A stretch of 64,000 nt of DNA from positions 153,778 through 217,777 of the forward strand of contig JAJDCA010000071.1 in assembly GCA_029261055.1 (NCBI GenBank), given 5' to 3'. Shown in pieces: positions 38,627-47,981 of this stretch. The DNA is from Candidatus Omnitrophota bacterium (GTDB taxonomy: Bacteria > Omnitrophota > Gorgyraeia > Zapsychrales > Zapsychraceae). Each line of letters begins with the position of its first letter. Position 1 is the first letter of the stretch. The position numbers and the translations under genes were made by a program. Below the pieces are notes generated by a model. That model was not told where the DNA came from and did not search any database. It was given only the letters and a program-made list of their open reading frames with translations.

Positions 38627-39298
38627 ATGTCTAAAATAAATTATAAAGTTAAAGCTGTTATTTTTGATATGGATGGTGTGATTACTAACACCATGCCAGA
38701 CCATTATCGTTCTTGGAAAGTTATTCTTGATAAAGAAGGTATTCCGCTGACGCATCATGATGTTTATATTCGGGAAGGTCAGCCGGGGCAATTTTTTTTA
38801 AAGGAAATTCTTCCGAAATATAATAAAGTTTATAGTGAAAAATTAGCTAAAAGAATATTGCATGAAAAAGAAGAATATTTTAAGGGAATTGTAAAGACGC
38901 GGTTTGTGGTGGGGGCGAGAAGTTTTTTAAAGGGTTTGCATAAACGGAATTTTTGTTTGGCTTTAGTCACAGGAACGTCGCGTCATGAATTACATAAAAT
39001 ACTGCCACAACATTTGCTTGATTTATTTTCTGTCATAATTACGGGGACTGACGTCAAGAAAGGAAAACCTCATCCTGAGCCGTATCTAAGGTCTTTAAAT
39101 AAGTTGAACTTGAAGCCTTGTGAAGCCGTTGTCATTGAAAATGCCCCGTTTGGTATTCAGGCCGCAAAGAGTGCCGGAATGAAATGCTTGGCATTAGAAA
39201 CCTCATTATCAAAAGGGTATTTAAAGGAAGCCAATGGTGTTTTTATTTCTTTTAAAGCGCTTTGTAATAAAGTTAGTTTTAACCTCTTATCATCATGA
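38627..39298 (+). CDS. HAD-superfamily hydrolase, subfamily IA (beta-phosphoglucomutase-like)
   Basis: Motif I 'VIFDMDGVITNT', motif III K, motif IV 'ENAPFGIQAA…'. Confidence 0.7.
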   Translation: MSKINYKVKAVIFDMDGVITNTMPDHYRSWKVILDKEGIPLTHHDVYIREGQPGQFFLKEILPKYNKVYSEKLAKRILHEKEEYFKGIVKTRFVVGARSFLKGLHKRNFCLALVTGTSRHELHKILPQHLLDLFSVIITGTDVKKGKPHPEPYLRSLNKLNLKPCEAVVIENAPFGIQAAKSAGMKCLALETSLSKGYLKEANGVFISFKALCNKVSFNLLSS

Positions 39299-40161
39299 TT
39301 AAAAAAACATTACTTCTTTATAAAAAAAGTTCTTACACGATATATTTTATGGAACGTAAGAATGCGTTATGTCACGATAAAAATACGGTGACTAAAAAAG
39401 CATTTGATCGTTTGATAAAATCGCATGATGAGCATTATGCTGCGTTAAAAAAAGTGCAGCATATTTTGCATAAATATAAGGTGGCGTATGACAAATGTTG
39501 TCGGGGGAATACGATTAATTATGCCAAATATGATTTAGTTATTACAGTCGGGGGAGATGGAACATTTCTTGAAGCGGCTCGAAAAATTAAGAATCAAATT
39601 ATTGTGGGGGTTAATTCTTCCCTTAGTTACAGCGTAGGAAAATTATGTGCGGCTAATACCAATAATTTTGAGTTGTTTTTAAGTGGTATTTTAGATAAAA
39701 GTCTAGAGATAAGTATTTGGCCTCGGTTAAGGTTACAATTGGAAGAAAGGGTTAATCCTATCGAGGTGATGAATGATATGTTGATTTGTCATGGTAATCC
39801 GGCGGCCATGAGCCGATATATTTTAAAAATTAAAGGTGTCAGGGAAAATCAACGCAGCTCAGGTCTTTGGATATCTACATCCTCGGGAAGTACGGGGGCT
39901 ATACATTCTGCCGGAGGCAAAACAATGGCTCCGGAAGAAAAAAATATGCAATATCGGCCCAGGGAATTATGTCAGAGCTGTAAGGGGGGGTATCGTTTAA
40001 CCGGTGATATTTTAACATCGCGTCAGAAGATTTCGGTGACCTCTTTAATGCGCAAGGGCATGATATTCATTGATGGTACGCATGTGCGTATCCCATTTGA
40101 TTTTGGGTTAACGGCAAAAATTGGGCTATCCCCAACACCTATCAGGACGGTTAAACTATGA
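39295..40161 (+). CDS. NAD+ kinase-like (ATP-NAD kinase/diacylglycerol kinase fold)
   Basis: 'DLVITVGGDGTFL' GGDGT motif and 'NDMLI' region typical of NadK/PpnK. Confidence 0.55.
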   Translation: MIKKTLLLYKKSSYTIYFMERKNALCHDKNTVTKKAFDRLIKSHDEHYAALKKVQHILHKYKVAYDKCCRGNTINYAKYDLVITVGGDGTFLEAARKIKNQIIVGVNSSLSYSVGKLCAANTNNFELFLSGILDKSLEISIWPRLRLQLEERVNPIEVMNDMLICHGNPAAMSRYILKIKGVRENQRSSGLWISTSSGSTGAIHSAGGKTMAPEEKNMQYRPRELCQSCKGGYRLTGDILTSRQKISVTSLMRKGMIFIDGTHVRIPFDFGLTAKIGLSPTPIRTVKL

Positions 40162-40538
40162 AAGCTATTTTGTTAATTGCTCACGGCAGTTATAATGCCA
40201 AGGTTAAAATAGAAGTACGTGCGCTTGTTGATACGCTCCAAGAAAAATATTCCAAAAAACATCCCGATGAAAAAGTAATATTTGATTACGCTTTTTTGAC
40301 AATCGAAGATCCGGATGTTTATGAAGGGATTGAGCAGTGTGTTAATAAAGGGGCTAAAGAAATTGTTGTTTTGTTAAATTTTCTTAATTCCGGACGGCAT
40401 GCCGATGAAGATATTCCTAAGATGGTTGATAATGCCCGTAAGAAGTATCCTGACGTAGTTTTTCGGTTGACACCACCTTTGGGTTTGCATCCTTTAATCA
40501 ATGACCTTTTTCTTGATCTTATCGAAGCGAAGAAATAG
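40158..40538 (+). CDS. CbiX-like (short form) sirohydrochlorin chelatase family protein
   Basis: 126 aa. 'LLIAHGS' at the N-terminus and overall CbiX(S)-like layout. Confidence 0.45.
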   Translation: MKAILLIAHGSYNAKVKIEVRALVDTLQEKYSKKHPDEKVIFDYAFLTIEDPDVYEGIEQCVNKGAKEIVVLLNFLNSGRHADEDIPKMVDNARKKYPDVVFRLTPPLGLHPLINDLFLDLIEAKK

Positions 40539-40565
40539 TCCAAAAGAAAATTGAACAACTCCTAA

Positions 40566-41618
40566 ATGAAACAAAACATTCCTTTCACAAAATTAATCAT
40601 GCAATGGTATCGGAAGAACGCTCGGGATTTACCGTGGCGCAGGACATCTGATCCTTATTCTATTTGGGTGTCTGAGGTGATGCTGCAGCAAACCACGGTT
40701 AATGCTGTTATTCCTTATTATCAGCGTTGGTTAAAAGAATTTCCAACGGTCCAACATGTAGCCAAGGCTTCTGAACAAAAAGTTCTTAAATTATGGCAGG
40801 GGTTGGGATATTATCAACGGGCTAAGAATTTGCATAAGTCCGCCCAAATAATATGTCAGGAATATGATGGGAAAGTTCCCAATACAGCTGAAGGATTGAG
40901 TAAATTACCTGGTTTTGGGCCTTATACGATTGGAGCGGTATTAAGTATTGCCTTTGATGTCCGGCATCCGATTATTGATGCCAATGTGCGTCGTGTGATT
41001 ATGCGGATACAGGCGATCGAAGGATTTGCGGATACCTCACAGGATAAAAAGATTTTAACTTTTCTTGAAAAAGCTTTACCTTATCGACATTTGAGCATTT
41101 TTAATCAGGCCTTGATGGAATTAGGCGCCTTGATTTGTGCTAATCGACAGGCAGCCTGTTTGCAATGTCCTGTGCGAACAGAATGTAAGGCTTATGCTAA
41201 AGGCGTTCAGGAAATTATTCCCACCCCGAAAAAGAAAGTGATTAAAGACTTACATGTTGCGATTGGTATTATTAAGAATAAAGAGAAATATTTTATTCAA
41301 AAGCGTCCTCCCAAAGGTTTATTAGCCGATTTATGGGAATTTCCGGGAGGCAAAATTGAACAAGGCGAAACGCCGCAACAAGCCTTAAAGCGGGAACTTA
41401 AAGAAGAATTAGACGTTGAAGTCATTTTAGAGCAACACGTTATGAATGTTCAGCATTATTACACCCAGTTTCGCGTCAAACTCCACGTTTTTTCCTGCCA
41501 ACTCAAATACAATCCCGCACAAGACGCCACTCACAAATGGGTCACCCCCCGCCAAATTATCAAATATCCTATGCCCTCTGGAAGTGCCAAAATTGTAGAA
41601 AAGTTGATAAAGCTTTGA
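40566..41618 (+). CDS. mutY: A/G-specific adenine DNA glycosylase MutY (HhH-GPD + [4Fe-4S] + NUDIX-like C-terminal domain)
   Basis: 'WYRKNARDLPWRRTSDPYSIWVSEVMLQQT' N-terminus. Cys cluster CANRQAACLQCPVRTEC. C-terminal MutT-like domain. Confidence 0.85.
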   Translation: MKQNIPFTKLIMQWYRKNARDLPWRRTSDPYSIWVSEVMLQQTTVNAVIPYYQRWLKEFPTVQHVAKASEQKVLKLWQGLGYYQRAKNLHKSAQIICQEYDGKVPNTAEGLSKLPGFGPYTIGAVLSIAFDVRHPIIDANVRRVIMRIQAIEGFADTSQDKKILTFLEKALPYRHLSIFNQALMELGALICANRQAACLQCPVRTECKAYAKGVQEIIPTPKKKVIKDLHVAIGIIKNKEKYFIQKRPPKGLLADLWEFPGGKIEQGETPQQALKRELKEELDVEVILEQHVMNVQHYYTQFRVKLHVFSCQLKYNPAQDATHKWVTPRQIIKYPMPSGSAKIVEKLIKL

Positions 41619-41697
41619 AGCGGTAAAATTTTTTATTGACAAATTTTATGAAGCAGTGTATCATTACTAACTTAATTAACTAACGAGACATTAGAAG

Positions 41698-42123
41698 ATG
41701 AAAATATCCGCTAAGACAGATTATGCGTGTCGGGCGCTTTTGGAGTTATCTTTGCATTGGCCTAATGAGGTGCCGTTGCATATTGGGGTGATTGCTGAAC
41801 GGCAGGGTATTCCGATGAAGTTTTTGACGCAGATTTTGGTTCTTTTAAAACAATTGGGTTATGTACAAAGTGTCCGTGGTAAAAGTGGGGGTTACCTTTT
41901 GACGCGGGAACCGCAGGCTATAAATTTGGGGGATTTTCTGAAGAGTTTTGATAGCGGGGCCTATGCTGCCTATAATAGAGAAAATAGTAAGAGCGAGCAT
42001 GTGATGGATTTGATTTGGGGAGAGATTAATGCAACGGTTGTTGAGGCTATGGAAAAAATTAATTTTGAAATTATTTGTCAGCGTAAGCGTGATCAGGATA
42101 ATGTGGTGATGTTTAATATTTAA
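41698..42123 (+). CDS. Rrf2-family transcriptional regulator (CymR/IscR-like)
   Basis: 'MKISAKTDYACRALLEL' Rrf2 wHTH N-terminus. Lies upstream of a sulfate-assimilation cluster, as B. subtilis CymR does. Confidence 0.7.
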   Translation: MKISAKTDYACRALLELSLHWPNEVPLHIGVIAERQGIPMKFLTQILVLLKQLGYVQSVRGKSGGYLLTREPQAINLGDFLKSFDSGAYAAYNRENSKSEHVMDLIWGEINATVVEAMEKINFEIICQRKRDQDNVVMFNI

Positions 42124-42136
42124 GTGATAAGAAGGG

Positions 42137-43102
42137 GTGAGAAGGATGTTTTGGGTGGTCATTATTTTGGCGGTGTTTTTTGCGGTTAATATGGGGGTGG
42201 CGAGTTTTGCGGCTTCATTTGCTACGGCTTATGGAGGAAAGGTTCTTTCACAAAAATCGGCAGGGTTTCTTTTTGTTGGATTTGTGATTTTGGGATCAGT
42301 TGTGCTTGGCAAAAATGTGGCCATTACTTTAGGTCAAGAGATTGTGCCACCGCTTTTTATTGGAAAAAAGGCTTTGATCGTGATTTTTGTGTCTGCGGGA
42401 TCGAGTATGTTTATTTCCAACCTCATGAAGATTCCGCAGTCAACCAGCTTAGTTACAGTGGCCGCTATTGCCGGTGTAGGAGCATATTATCGGAAAGTTA
42501 ATCTTCCCGTTATTGCGGGGTTGATTCCATTTTGGATTTTGCTACCTTTGATAAGTTATTTTATTACGCGTTATATTACGGGATTAATTTACCCACCACG
42601 CAAAGGTAATTTTTGGGTATATGAACGTTTTATTCATCATCGTGAAAAGTTAAAGAAGTTTGTTATTATTACGGGGTGTTACAGCGCATTTTCCGTCGGA
42701 GCCAATAATGTGGCGAATGTGGCGGGGCCTCTAATCGGGTTAGAAGGTTTTTCAGTATTTTTTGCATTAGTTATATTTGCAGGCATCTACGGAATGGGAG
42801 CTTTTACATTTGACGGACCGTTAAAAACAGCAGGTAAACATATCGTGCCCTTAGGGTTGATGACAGCCTCGATTATTTCTTGTGTGAGTGGTACATTAAT
42901 GATATTTGCTTCTCTCTTTGGCGTACCACAATCATTTGTCATGTTACAGATGGGCGCCATCTTTGCCGTGGCTAGTTTGAAGCATGGAACGGAGTTAACA
43001 TTTAATGATGCATGGACAAAGAAAACATTGTATACTTGGACCATTAATCCCGTGCTGACATTTGTGATCAGCTGGGGCTTGTGCTTTTTGATTATTAGAT
43101 GA
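42137..43102 (+). CDS. PiT-family anion permease (putative sulfate/phosphate permease, CysP-like)
   Basis: Two 'GANNVAN/GANDVAN'-type PiT signature regions (GANNVANVAGPLIG). Context is cysK/H/D/N. Confidence 0.6.
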   Translation: MRRMFWVVIILAVFFAVNMGVASFAASFATAYGGKVLSQKSAGFLFVGFVILGSVVLGKNVAITLGQEIVPPLFIGKKALIVIFVSAGSSMFISNLMKIPQSTSLVTVAAIAGVGAYYRKVNLPVIAGLIPFWILLPLISYFITRYITGLIYPPRKGNFWVYERFIHHREKLKKFVIITGCYSAFSVGANNVANVAGPLIGLEGFSVFFALVIFAGIYGMGAFTFDGPLKTAGKHIVPLGLMTASIISCVSGTLMIFASLFGVPQSFVMLQMGAIFAVASLKHGTELTFNDAWTKKTLYTWTINPVLTFVISWGLCFLIIR

Positions 43103-43122
43103 ATCTGGAAAGTATCATGCTC

Positions 43123-43313
43123 GACACGAAATCGCTTTTAAGAGATTGCTGATAAATTATTTGCAATCTCCTAAGCAAAGATTAGCACATTCGGCTCAGA
43201 GGAGATTTCGTTCTGCTCGATCTCCAATTCGCCGCATGCACTAATCTTTGCTTTGAACGATTACAACTTTTAAGTTGTAAATTTTTGGTCAACCCGTCTT
43301 ATCAAGAGGTTGT
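43123..43313 (+). repeat. Structured repeat element, copy 1 (long imperfect hairpin; carries an extra 34-nt sub-hairpin gagattgc…gcaatctc)
   Basis: ~85% identical to 58597..58750 over the shared segments (cgaaatcgcttttaag…aaagattagcacattcggctcagaggag…ctccaattcgcc…atgcactaatcttt…cgattac…ggtcaa(c/t)ccgtctta..aagaggtt). Inverted-repeat arms pair into a long stem-loop. Confidence 0.6.
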
Positions 43314-43403
43314 GTTAAAGCCTGCAAGCGAATTGGACGCGACAAAAATACTACGTCCTCTGAGCTGAAAGGTTTTAACACAATTTCCAATAGACGGGTT
43401 GAC
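43288..43403 (+). promoter_or_regulatory. 116-nt perfect-ended hairpin (gtcaacccgtct … agacgggttgac) in the cysK 5' region
   Basis: 12-bp perfect terminal inverted repeat plus inner gtgttaaag/ttttaacac pairing. It ends 34 nt before the cysK ATG. Candidate cis-regulatory RNA structure. Confidence 0.4.
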
Positions 43404-43436
43404 TTGAAAGTGTCTTTTAATTTGGATAGTAGTAAA

Positions 43437-44369
43437 ATGAAAAATAAAATTATTAACAATGTGATTGAGCTTATCGGCGGGACGCCGTTGATACGGTTGA
43501 ATAAGATCGTTGCGCAAGAGAACTGTGCTGAGATATTAGGGAAGTTGGAGTCGTTTAATCCTGGGGGGAGTGTCAAAGATCGGCCTTGTTTGGCTATGAT
43601 TGAGAATGCTGAACGGAAAGGGATTTTGAAAAAAGGGGCAACGGTTATTGAGCCGACTACCGGGAATACCGGTATTGGGTTGGCTATGATTTGTGCGGTT
43701 AAAGATTATCGTTGTATTTTGACTATGCCTGAAGATTTAAGTTTGGAACGCATTTATCTTTTGCGTTCTTATGGGGCTGAAGTTATTTTGACGCCGGCCA
43801 AAAAAGGTATTCAAGGGGCTATAAAAAGGGCGGATGAGTTGAATCATAAAATAGCGGGCAGTTTTATGCCGCGGCAATTTAAAAGTCCTGAGAATCCTGA
43901 AGCCCATCGGCAGACAACAGCAAAAGAAATTTTAGAGGCTGTTGATGGAAAGATAGATGCCTTTGTCGCAAGCGTCGGTACAGGAGGGACAATAACTGGA
44001 ATCGGAGAAGTCTTGAAAAAAGAGTTTAATTCGATTAGAATTGTGGCCGTCGAACCCAAGAAAAGTGCTGTTTTATCTGGTCGACCGGCAGGAGCCCATA
44101 GAATTCAAGGTATCGGTGCGGGGTTTGTCCCAAAAACATTAAACCGCAATATTATTGATGAAATTATTTTAGTAGACGATCAAGAAGCCTTTGATATGTC
44201 ACGGCGTTTAGGGCACCAAGAAGGCCTATGTGTTGGGATTTCTTCAGGGGCCAATGTACTGGCAGCCTTGAAGGTAGCAAAAGATCTTGGTCCGGGTAAA
44301 CGTGTCGTAACCGTATTATGCGATACTGGTGAACGTTATTTTTCAATGGAACAATATTTTGAAGCGTAA
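43437..44369 (+). CDS. cysK: Cysteine synthase A (O-acetylserine sulfhydrylase)
   Basis: PLP-lysine motif 'SVKDRP'. 'TTGNTGIGLA' and 'GISSGA' motifs. Start at the ATG giving MKNKIINNVIELIGGTPLIRLNK. Confidence 0.9.
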   Translation: MKNKIINNVIELIGGTPLIRLNKIVAQENCAEILGKLESFNPGGSVKDRPCLAMIENAERKGILKKGATVIEPTTGNTGIGLAMICAVKDYRCILTMPEDLSLERIYLLRSYGAEVILTPAKKGIQGAIKRADELNHKIAGSFMPRQFKSPENPEAHRQTTAKEILEAVDGKIDAFVASVGTGGTITGIGEVLKKEFNSIRIVAVEPKKSAVLSGRPAGAHRIQGIGAGFVPKTLNRNIIDEIILVDDQEAFDMSRRLGHQEGLCVGISSGANVLAALKVAKDLGPGKRVVTVLCDTGERYFSMEQYFEA

Positions 44370-44378
44370 GGAATTATC

Positions 44379-45104
44379 ATGAATTATCAAGATAAAATAA
44401 AAGAGTATTTAGAAAAAACTAAAGATTATAGCCCGGAAGAAATTATCAAATTTGCCTATGAAGAGTTTGGGGCAAGGGTAAAATTTGCTTCGAGTCTGGG
44501 AGAAGAAGATCAAGTCATAGCCGATATGATTTCTCGTGAAGCGCCACAAATTGAAATATTCACATTAGATACAGGTCGGCTTTTTCAAGAGACGTACGAA
44601 TTGTTAGCTAAAACACAGAAAAGATATTCTACAAATTTAAAGGTCTATTATCCCGACACAAAGGCTGTTGAAGAAATGGTACAGCAAAAAGGGATTAATT
44701 TGTTTTATGAAAGTGTTGAAAATAGAAAACAATGCTGTCATGTACGAAAGATTGAACCTTTGCAAAGGGCTTTGAAAGATACGGATGCCTGGATATGTGG
44801 ATTGCGTCGGGCGCAATCCATTACGCGTACGGCCGTCGCAACATTTGAGTGGGACGAAGGTAATCAGAAAGTTAAAATTAATCCTTTGGCGGCTTGGAGT
44901 ATGCAACAGTTGCAAGAGTATATCAGCCAAAATAGTGTTGATGTTAATCCTTTGCATCAGCAAGGTTTTGTTAGTATCGGTTGTGCGAGTTGTACACGTG
45001 CACTTAAAGATGGAGAAGATATCCGCGCTGGTCGGTGGTGGTGGGAAGAACCGGAACAGAAAGAGTGTGGATTGCATGGCCGTTTAAAAGATGCAAAGAA
45101 ATAA
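44379..45104 (+). CDS. cysH: Assimilatory adenylyl-sulfate (APS)/PAPS reductase, thioredoxin-dependent, with Fe-S cysteine pairs
   Basis: PAPS-reductase fold. 'KQCCHVRKIEPL' and 'SIGCASCT' cysteine pairs typical of [4Fe-4S] APS reductases. C-terminal 'ECGLH'. Confidence 0.85.
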   Translation: MNYQDKIKEYLEKTKDYSPEEIIKFAYEEFGARVKFASSLGEEDQVIADMISREAPQIEIFTLDTGRLFQETYELLAKTQKRYSTNLKVYYPDTKAVEEMVQQKGINLFYESVENRKQCCHVRKIEPLQRALKDTDAWICGLRRAQSITRTAVATFEWDEGNQKVKINPLAAWSMQQLQEYISQNSVDVNPLHQQGFVSIGCASCTRALKDGEDIRAGRWWWEEPEQKECGLHGRLKDAKK

Positions 45105-45111
45105 GATGTAA

Positions 45112-45131
45112 CCTGCCTGCCGGCAGGCAGG
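45112..45131. repeat. 20-bp perfect palindrome CCTGCCTGCCGGCAGGCAGG (member of a small palindromic repeat family)
   Basis: Perfect self-complementarity in the cysH-cysD intergenic spacer. Related copies at 6205..6224, 53120..53135 and 53289..53315. Confidence 0.7.
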
Positions 45132-45158
45132 GAAGCAGAGAAAAGGAATTAAAAAAAT

Positions 45159-46058
45159 ATGATAAAACAAAAAACTATGTCCAAATTAGATGTCATTGAA
45201 TCGCAGAGTATTTATATTTTGCGTGAAGCTTATCGAGAATTTAAAAATTTGGCTATGCTTTGGTCAATCGGTAAGGATAGTACCGTGTTGTTGTGGTTGG
45301 CCCGTAAGGCTTTTTTTGGGCATGTGCCTTTGCCTTTAGTGCATATTGATACACATTACAAAATTCCGGAAATGATAGAATATCGAGACAAACTCGCCCG
45401 TAAATGGAAATTGAATATGGTTTACGGCCAAAATACAAAAGCACTTGAATCGAAACAAACATTTCCTGATGGTGCTATTGATCGGATTGCCTGCTGTAAA
45501 TCATTAAAATCTGAAGCCCTTAAACATACATTGGCTGGAGATTGGCCAAGATACCGGATGAATCATCAAACAGGGAAGTATGATTTGGATACAAACACAG
45601 AACCGTATACCGGTGTGATTGTCGGTGTGCGTGCTGACGAAGAAGGTAGCCGTTCCAAAGAGAGGTATTTTTCCCCTCGCGATCGCAACAATGATTGGGA
45701 TGTTGGTGACCAACCGCCGGAATTATGGAATCAATTTAAAACAGATTTTGCGCCAGGAACCCATTTGCGTATTCATCCTTTATTAGACTGGACAGAATTG
45801 AATATTTGGGAATACATCGAACGGGAAAATATTCCGATTACTAAACTTTATTTTGATCAAGGCGAAGGCAAACGATACCGTTCGTTAGGATGTTATCCTT
45901 GTACAACCCCTGTAGAATCTCCGGCTAAAAATGTACAAGACATCGTTGAAGAACTACGTGGCGGAAAATTCGCCAACATCGCCGAACGCTCGGGACGTGC
46001 ACAAGACAAAGACGACGGCGGGGGTCTTGAGACGCTTCGCCTCGATGGATACATGTAA
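45159..46058 (+). CDS. cysD: Sulfate adenylyltransferase subunit 2
   Basis: '[20 protein letters not shown]' PP-loop ATPase motif. Overall CysD similarity. Confidence 0.9.
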   Translation: MIKQKTMSKLDVIESQSIYILREAYREFKNLAMLWSIGKDSTVLLWLARKAFFGHVPLPLVHIDTHYKIPEMIEYRDKLARKWKLNMVYGQNTKALESKQTFPDGAIDRIACCKSLKSEALKHTLAGDWPRYRMNHQTGKYDLDTNTEPYTGVIVGVRADEEGSRSKERYFSPRDRNNDWDVGDQPPELWNQFKTDFAPGTHLRIHPLLDWTELNIWEYIERENIPITKLYFDQGEGKRYRSLGCYPCTTPVESPAKNVQDIVEELRGGKFANIAERSGRAQDKDDGGGLETLRLDGYM

Positions 46059-46068
46059 AGGTAAATAA

Positions 46069-47889
46069 ATGAATAATACAACAAGAGAACAGATGAATGT
46101 CGTGATTGTCGGACACGTTGATCACGGGAAGAGTACTTTGATCGGGCGATTGCTGGCCGATACGAAATCTTTACCGGATGGTAAGTTAGAGGCTGTGAAG
46201 GCGAATTGTAAACGGAATGCGAAGCCTTTTGAATATGCTTTTCTTTTAGATGCCCTTAAAGATGAGCAGTCGCAGGGGATCACGATTGATACGGCCCGCT
46301 GTTTCTTTAAATCTGACAAAAGAGATTACATTATTATTGATGCGCCGGGGCACATTGAATTTCTCAAGAATATGATTACCGGAGCTGCACGAGCTGAAGC
46401 CGCTGTTTTGGTGATTGATGCCAAGGAAGGTATTCGTGAAAATTCTAAACGGCATGGTTACATGATGTCATTTTTAGGGATTAAGAATGTGACGGTGTGT
46501 GTGAATAAAATGGATTTGGTGGATTACAGTGAAAAAGTTTACGAAGATATTAAAGTGGAGTATACAGAATTCTTGAAAGAAATTAATCTTAAGCCCAAGA
46601 ATTTTATTCCGATTAGTTCACGTGAAGGGGATAATATGGTGACCCTTTCGGATAAAATGCCTTGGTATAAAGAGTTATCAGTTTTAGAAGCATTAGATCA
46701 TTTTTCTAAAGCGGCTCCAGATTATGCGCGTGATTTACGTTTTCCCATTCAAGATATTTATAAATTTACAGCAGAGAAGGATGACCGACGAATTATGGCA
46801 GGACGTATTGAATCCGGGACTGTGTGTGAAGGGGATGAAGTTATATTTTTGCCGTCTAAAAAAACATCCCGAATTACAACGATAGAAGGTTTTAATCTGG
46901 CGAAACAAACCGAAGCTTTTGCAGGGCAGAGCACCGGGATGACATTAGATACACAAATTTACATTCGTCCCGGCGAAATTATGTGCAAAGCCAATGAAAA
47001 ACAGCCGCATGTAAGTTCAAAATTTAAAGGCAATGTTTTTTGGATGAGCAAAGAACCCCTGGTTAAAGGCAAGAATTATAAATTGAAGCTGGCGACGCAG
47101 CAGGTTCCGGTGGTTCTGTCGGATATTCTTAGTGTTCTGGATGCTTCAGAGTTGTCTTCGATCAAAAATAAACCGCAAGTTGATCGCCATGATGTTGCAG
47201 AATGTATTTTGGAAACTTTAAAACCTATTGCTTTTGATGAAGTGAATAATATTTCCGAAACAGGGCGGTTCGTGATTGTCGATAATTATGAAATTGTCGG
47301 TGGAGGTATTGTTTTAGCACCGGTATTTGATCAGGAAACGTCTTTAAATCAGCATATTAAAGAGCGCGAGTTCCATTGGGAGCGCAGTGACATTACGCCG
47401 GGTAAACGGGCTGTAAAATATCAGCATAAGTCTGCTTTTGTGGTCGTTACCGGTCAGGCGGATACAGGGAAAAAAGACATTGCCAAGATGTTGGAAGAAG
47501 AGTTGTTCAAGTTAGGAAAATTTACCTATTTCCTTGGTATTGCTAATGAGTCGTTGGCAAGCACCTCAAACTCTAATGATAAGACGTTAAAAAGAGTTCA
47601 GCACGTTCGACAGTTAGGGGAAATGGCGCATACGTTTACTGATGCTGGGTTGATATTGATTACAAGTATTTCCGATATTGATGATTACGATATTGAAACT
47701 TTAAAATCATTGAATAGACCTAACAAAACAATTGTTGTTAATGTCGGGGAAAATCGATTTTCTGAAGGTTACATCGATTTGACCCTTCCGAAAACAGACT
47801 TCGATGCTGAAGTACTTAAAAATACCGTGACACAAATTATTCAGTTATTAATGAAATCTATTGTTTTAGATCCGGAGTATTCAATTTAA
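46069..47889 (+). CDS. cysN: Sulfate adenylyltransferase subunit 1 (GTPase) fused to an APS-kinase-like C-terminal domain (CysNC-type)
   Basis: G1 'GHVDHGKST', G3 'DAPGH', G4 'NKMD'. The C-terminal ~170 aa are APS-kinase-like but the P-loop is degenerate (TGQADTGKK instead of GxSGSGKS[T]). Confidence 0.85.
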   Translation: MNNTTREQMNVVIVGHVDHGKSTLIGRLLADTKSLPDGKLEAVKANCKRNAKPFEYAFLLDALKDEQSQGITIDTARCFFKSDKRDYIIIDAPGHIEFLKNMITGAARAEAAVLVIDAKEGIRENSKRHGYMMSFLGIKNVTVCVNKMDLVDYSEKVYEDIKVEYTEFLKEINLKPKNFIPISSREGDNMVTLSDKMPWYKELSVLEALDHFSKAAPDYARDLRFPIQDIYKFTAEKDDRRIMAGRIESGTVCEGDEVIFLPSKKTSRITTIEGFNLAKQTEAFAGQSTGMTLDTQIYIRPGEIMCKANEKQPHVSSKFKGNVFWMSKEPLVKGKNYKLKLATQQVPVVLSDILSVLDASELSSIKNKPQVDRHDVAECILETLKPIAFDEVNNISETGRFVIVDNYEIVGGGIVLAPVFDQETSLNQHIKEREFHWERSDITPGKRAVKYQHKSAFVVVTGQADTGKKDIAKMLEEELFKLGKFTYFLGIANESLASTSNSNDKTLKRVQHVRQLGEMAHTFTDAGLILITSISDIDDYDIETLKSLNRPNKTIVVNVGENRFSEGYIDLTLPKTDFDAEVLKNTVTQIIQLLMKSIVLDPEYSI

Positions 47890-47981
47890 AGTAAAGATAT
47901 CAGTCGTCAGACATTAGTCTTCAGTATGGTTTTACTGATGACGGACGTCGGGTGGCTAGAGACTACGTATTTCATATCAAA

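Noticed and set aside
43296-43312. Possible SAM-I riboswitch upstream of cysK, because of CTTATCAAGAG
   Set aside because: Only the short P1-like stretch matches. The GGNGGAGGGA / GCCC…GCAACC core of SAM-I is absent, and the same sequence recurs upstream of a phosphate transporter.
43289-43576. Minus-strand ORFs 43289..43576 and 43302..43517 overlapping the cysK leader and start
   Set aside because: They span the structured intergenic repeat and the 5' end of cysK on the opposite strand, and show no RBS or coding signal.
47899-47935. Possible shared short repeat (cagacat / agtcttcag k-mers) after cysN and between lptF and comF (63366..63395)
   Set aside because: Similarity is limited to 7-9-mers in different order, which is not convincingly above chance in AT-rich sequence. 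The cysN copy may simply be a weak terminator hairpin.
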